A DNA stretch of 63,993 nucleotides, filler included, from Bonamia ostreae (Eukaryota), in NCBI GenBank assembly GCA_040357525.1. It is 20 parts of 20 records of this genome, joined end to end, with 100 filler letters (N's around TTAATTAATTAA, not from the genome) between each part and the next. Parts side by side here need not be neighbours in the genome. Positions count along the whole stretch, not along the records: positions 61,405 to 63,993 come from JBDODL010000763.1; 19 more parts are not named here. The stretch is one strand, 5' to 3'. A program made the position numbers and the translations under genes. A model generated the notes under the pieces. That model saw only the letters and a program-made list of their open reading frames with translations. It was not told where the DNA came from and searched no databases. Of this stretch, positions 61,916-63,993 are shown piece after piece. Position 1 is the first letter of the stretch; each line of letters begins with the position of its first letter.

Positions 61916-62489
61916 CATTGATTATTTTCTTTAGTGCGCACACCTCGATAGTTGCATTTCTATGGGTATTTATAACGCAGTGGTATTGGAACTCGGAAGG
62001 ATCCGCTGTACAGTTGTTTTCTCTTGCATATCGTTCACATTGCTTCTTTTCTGCAAATTTATCTTTTTCCCGATCATCGGTTGGACAGGAATCAACAATT
62101 TTCTTAGTTTTTAGCGAACAATTGCTGTCACTTATCACAGTATCCTGCGAAAAAGAAATTCAGTACATATCATTATGTAAATACATTTAGTTCATAATAA
62201 TATATTTGCTTTATACTAGTAAAGGGTCTATGTAACTCGTTAGCAGAGGATGCCTCTTATGCACCTGATACTCTGGTGTTTCCATGGGCCCGTGTTTGCT
62301 CTTCTCTACATTTTGTATTTCATAGCGATATATACATGTACACGTATTGATTATTGTGCGTTATCTTTACTTTTTCATGTACAGTAATGTATCCAGTTTT
62401 TATAATTGTTACTATCAAATCTTCAAAACACCAAAATATTTTACCGTGATAATCAACACGAGAAGAAATGAATGTTGCCTTTCAAGCAT
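61916..62489 (-). CDS. First two coding exons (62445-62489, 61916-62144) of a bivalve-type Cys-rich secreted or membrane protein; probable host DNA
   Basis: VDSCP...KKQC...FQYHCVIN...EVCA resembles, from memory, an expanded uncharacterised oyster family. The 300-nt intron has a GTAA donor and polypyrimidine-CAG acceptor. Confidence 0.7.
62242..62378 (+). repeat. Degenerate copy of an abundant oyster interspersed repeat
   Basis: GCAGAGGATGC...GCACCTGAT...CTCTGGT...CCGTGTTTGC...TTTTGTATT...GTTATCTT; recognised from memory, not searched. Confidence 0.6.
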
Positions 62490-62739
62490 CTCCTTTCAGA
62501 CAGATTTCTGTAAAGAAAGAGACAAATAATTACGAAAAACATAATGATGATGAATAGCAAAATGCATCTGCGATAATAATTCAACATGTCTTAACTAAAG
62601 CCGTGTAACAAACCAAAACATAATGTATGTTTACATTAGTCCTTGCACTTTATACAATTGATGACTTGTGAGAGGTGGATACGATGGGTAAAAGATTCGA
62701 GGATAATTTTTTTTATATACATTCAACTTTCATAATAAA

Positions 62740-62953
62740 CAAAATTTTATACTACATAATCATTATGTAACTTTGGACTCAAATGAATCATCGCCCGGCA
62801 AGTAATTCTCGAATTATTCAAGAAATATATGTGACTTTCATTTCTTATTCTGCATGCTTCACCTTTCCATCGTTACAAGAGTATCATATTGATATTACAG
62901 ACATCAAAGGCAAAAACAATGCTATGATGGATGTTTTGTCAAAAGTTTCATGA
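62740..62953 (+). mobile_element. Gypsy-type LTR retrotransposon RNase H remnant
   Basis: LQEYHIDITDIKGKNNAMMDVLSKV resembles the LQEY.F.I.HI.GK.N..AD.LSR motif. Confidence 0.6.
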
Positions 62954-63993
62954 ATATACAACATTCCAGTTTCATGTTTGTTGCTTTGATTTGATGTATA
63001 TGCGTTCGGGTGTTGATATTTATAGAACTGAGTTTTCAATGTCATTCACTTTTTCAAGAGGTGATGTTGCGTAGTAAATGTGTAATACAGACACATGTGA
63101 ACTAAATAATCAACTAAAAATACCATGGTGTTTTATTTCTAGAACGATGTTTGGGAACATACACAAGTTTCTTGTTAATCATTTGTAGAATGGAACCCTC
63201 TAAAATTTGTGTTAGCATGAATAGACTGTGGATTTTGTGGCTAGAACCACCCTGTAGAATTACATTGGATCGTACATTACGGGGAAATTAAATTGACGGC
63301 TGATTTCGAGAGTATTGTAAACAGGCTTCGTATCCTGCATGAACTCAATTCAGTAGTAAGCAAACAACGGATACTGGATTGCAAACTTTGACTACTGGAA
63401 GTATTTTTTCATTGATAAACTTTATAATAAATAATTGTAAATGAATTACTAAATCTTTGAATTGTGTGTAACTGATTTTTCCTGGACTTAGAGGGTAGTT
63501 CTGACTATTCTGTAATAATATATGTTTAGTTTATGCGGTATGAAGCAAAGGTGTGGTTAAATATGATGATTGTGAATGCAGAATTACTATATATAAATAA
63601 TGCATTCTCACTTCTATCAATGTCTTTTACTTTCAGTAAAATAAGGACATGTGATTAAAATGTAGTCAAAAAGTAGTTTAAATTATATTTATCTTTAGAC
63701 ATACAATTGAAATCAACAACTACTTGTACAGAAAATAAAGACAGTTATAAAAAAATCACCTATATCAAAAATAGTTATTCGTTTATTATATATATTTCAT
63801 ATATACCGGTCAGGATGGTACAGTGCTTACAGATTTTAACTTCGCTACCAGGAGGCCGTACGTTTGAACACCCACCCACGTGCCAAGGTCACAACAAAAA
63901 TACGCAAAACCTATACAGATAATGATTGTTCCTTCGTCTATGGCGTGTTCAGAATTTTTCAGTCATATTTAGACTTCACCAGCTGTAGGTAAA

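Overview
This window is not one continuous locus. It is an artificial concatenation of 20 contigs of about 3.1 kb, sorted by decreasing length and joined by 100-nt linkers (44 N + TTAATTAATTAA + 44 N), so adjacency across linkers means nothing. Eighteen contigs come from a very AT-rich, gene-dense microbial eukaryote using the standard code. They carry housekeeping genes (CCT4, UMP1, sterol C5-desaturase, midasin, NOP9, mt-uL2, eIF1A, PP2A-A, NAA15, ALAD, mt-RF1, RPE, USB1, SPB1, ZNF598, ArfGAP, SCAMP, PSD2, SAC3, RPN1) split by tiny GT-AG introns, modal length 20 nt. One contig is a decayed LINE. The last contig looks like oyster DNA, so the main organism is inferred (not proven) to be an oyster-associated protist, plausibly a Bonamia-like ascetosporean. 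The most unusual signals are: (1) GC peaks inside exons where synonymous codons switch abruptly from C-ending to G-ending, seen in several genes; (2) 20-nt GTT...AAG mini-introns coexisting with introns inflated by private tandem repeats; (3) a three-member single-TM microprotein family, two members unrecognisable in the ORF track; (4) a torsin-like ATPase with a degenerate Walker B; (5) secreted sushi and Cys-rich effector candidates; (6) a 25-nt minisatellite with a 75-nt higher-order period. No CRISPR array, rRNA or tRNA was recognised. All gene calls are by eye; no database search was run.
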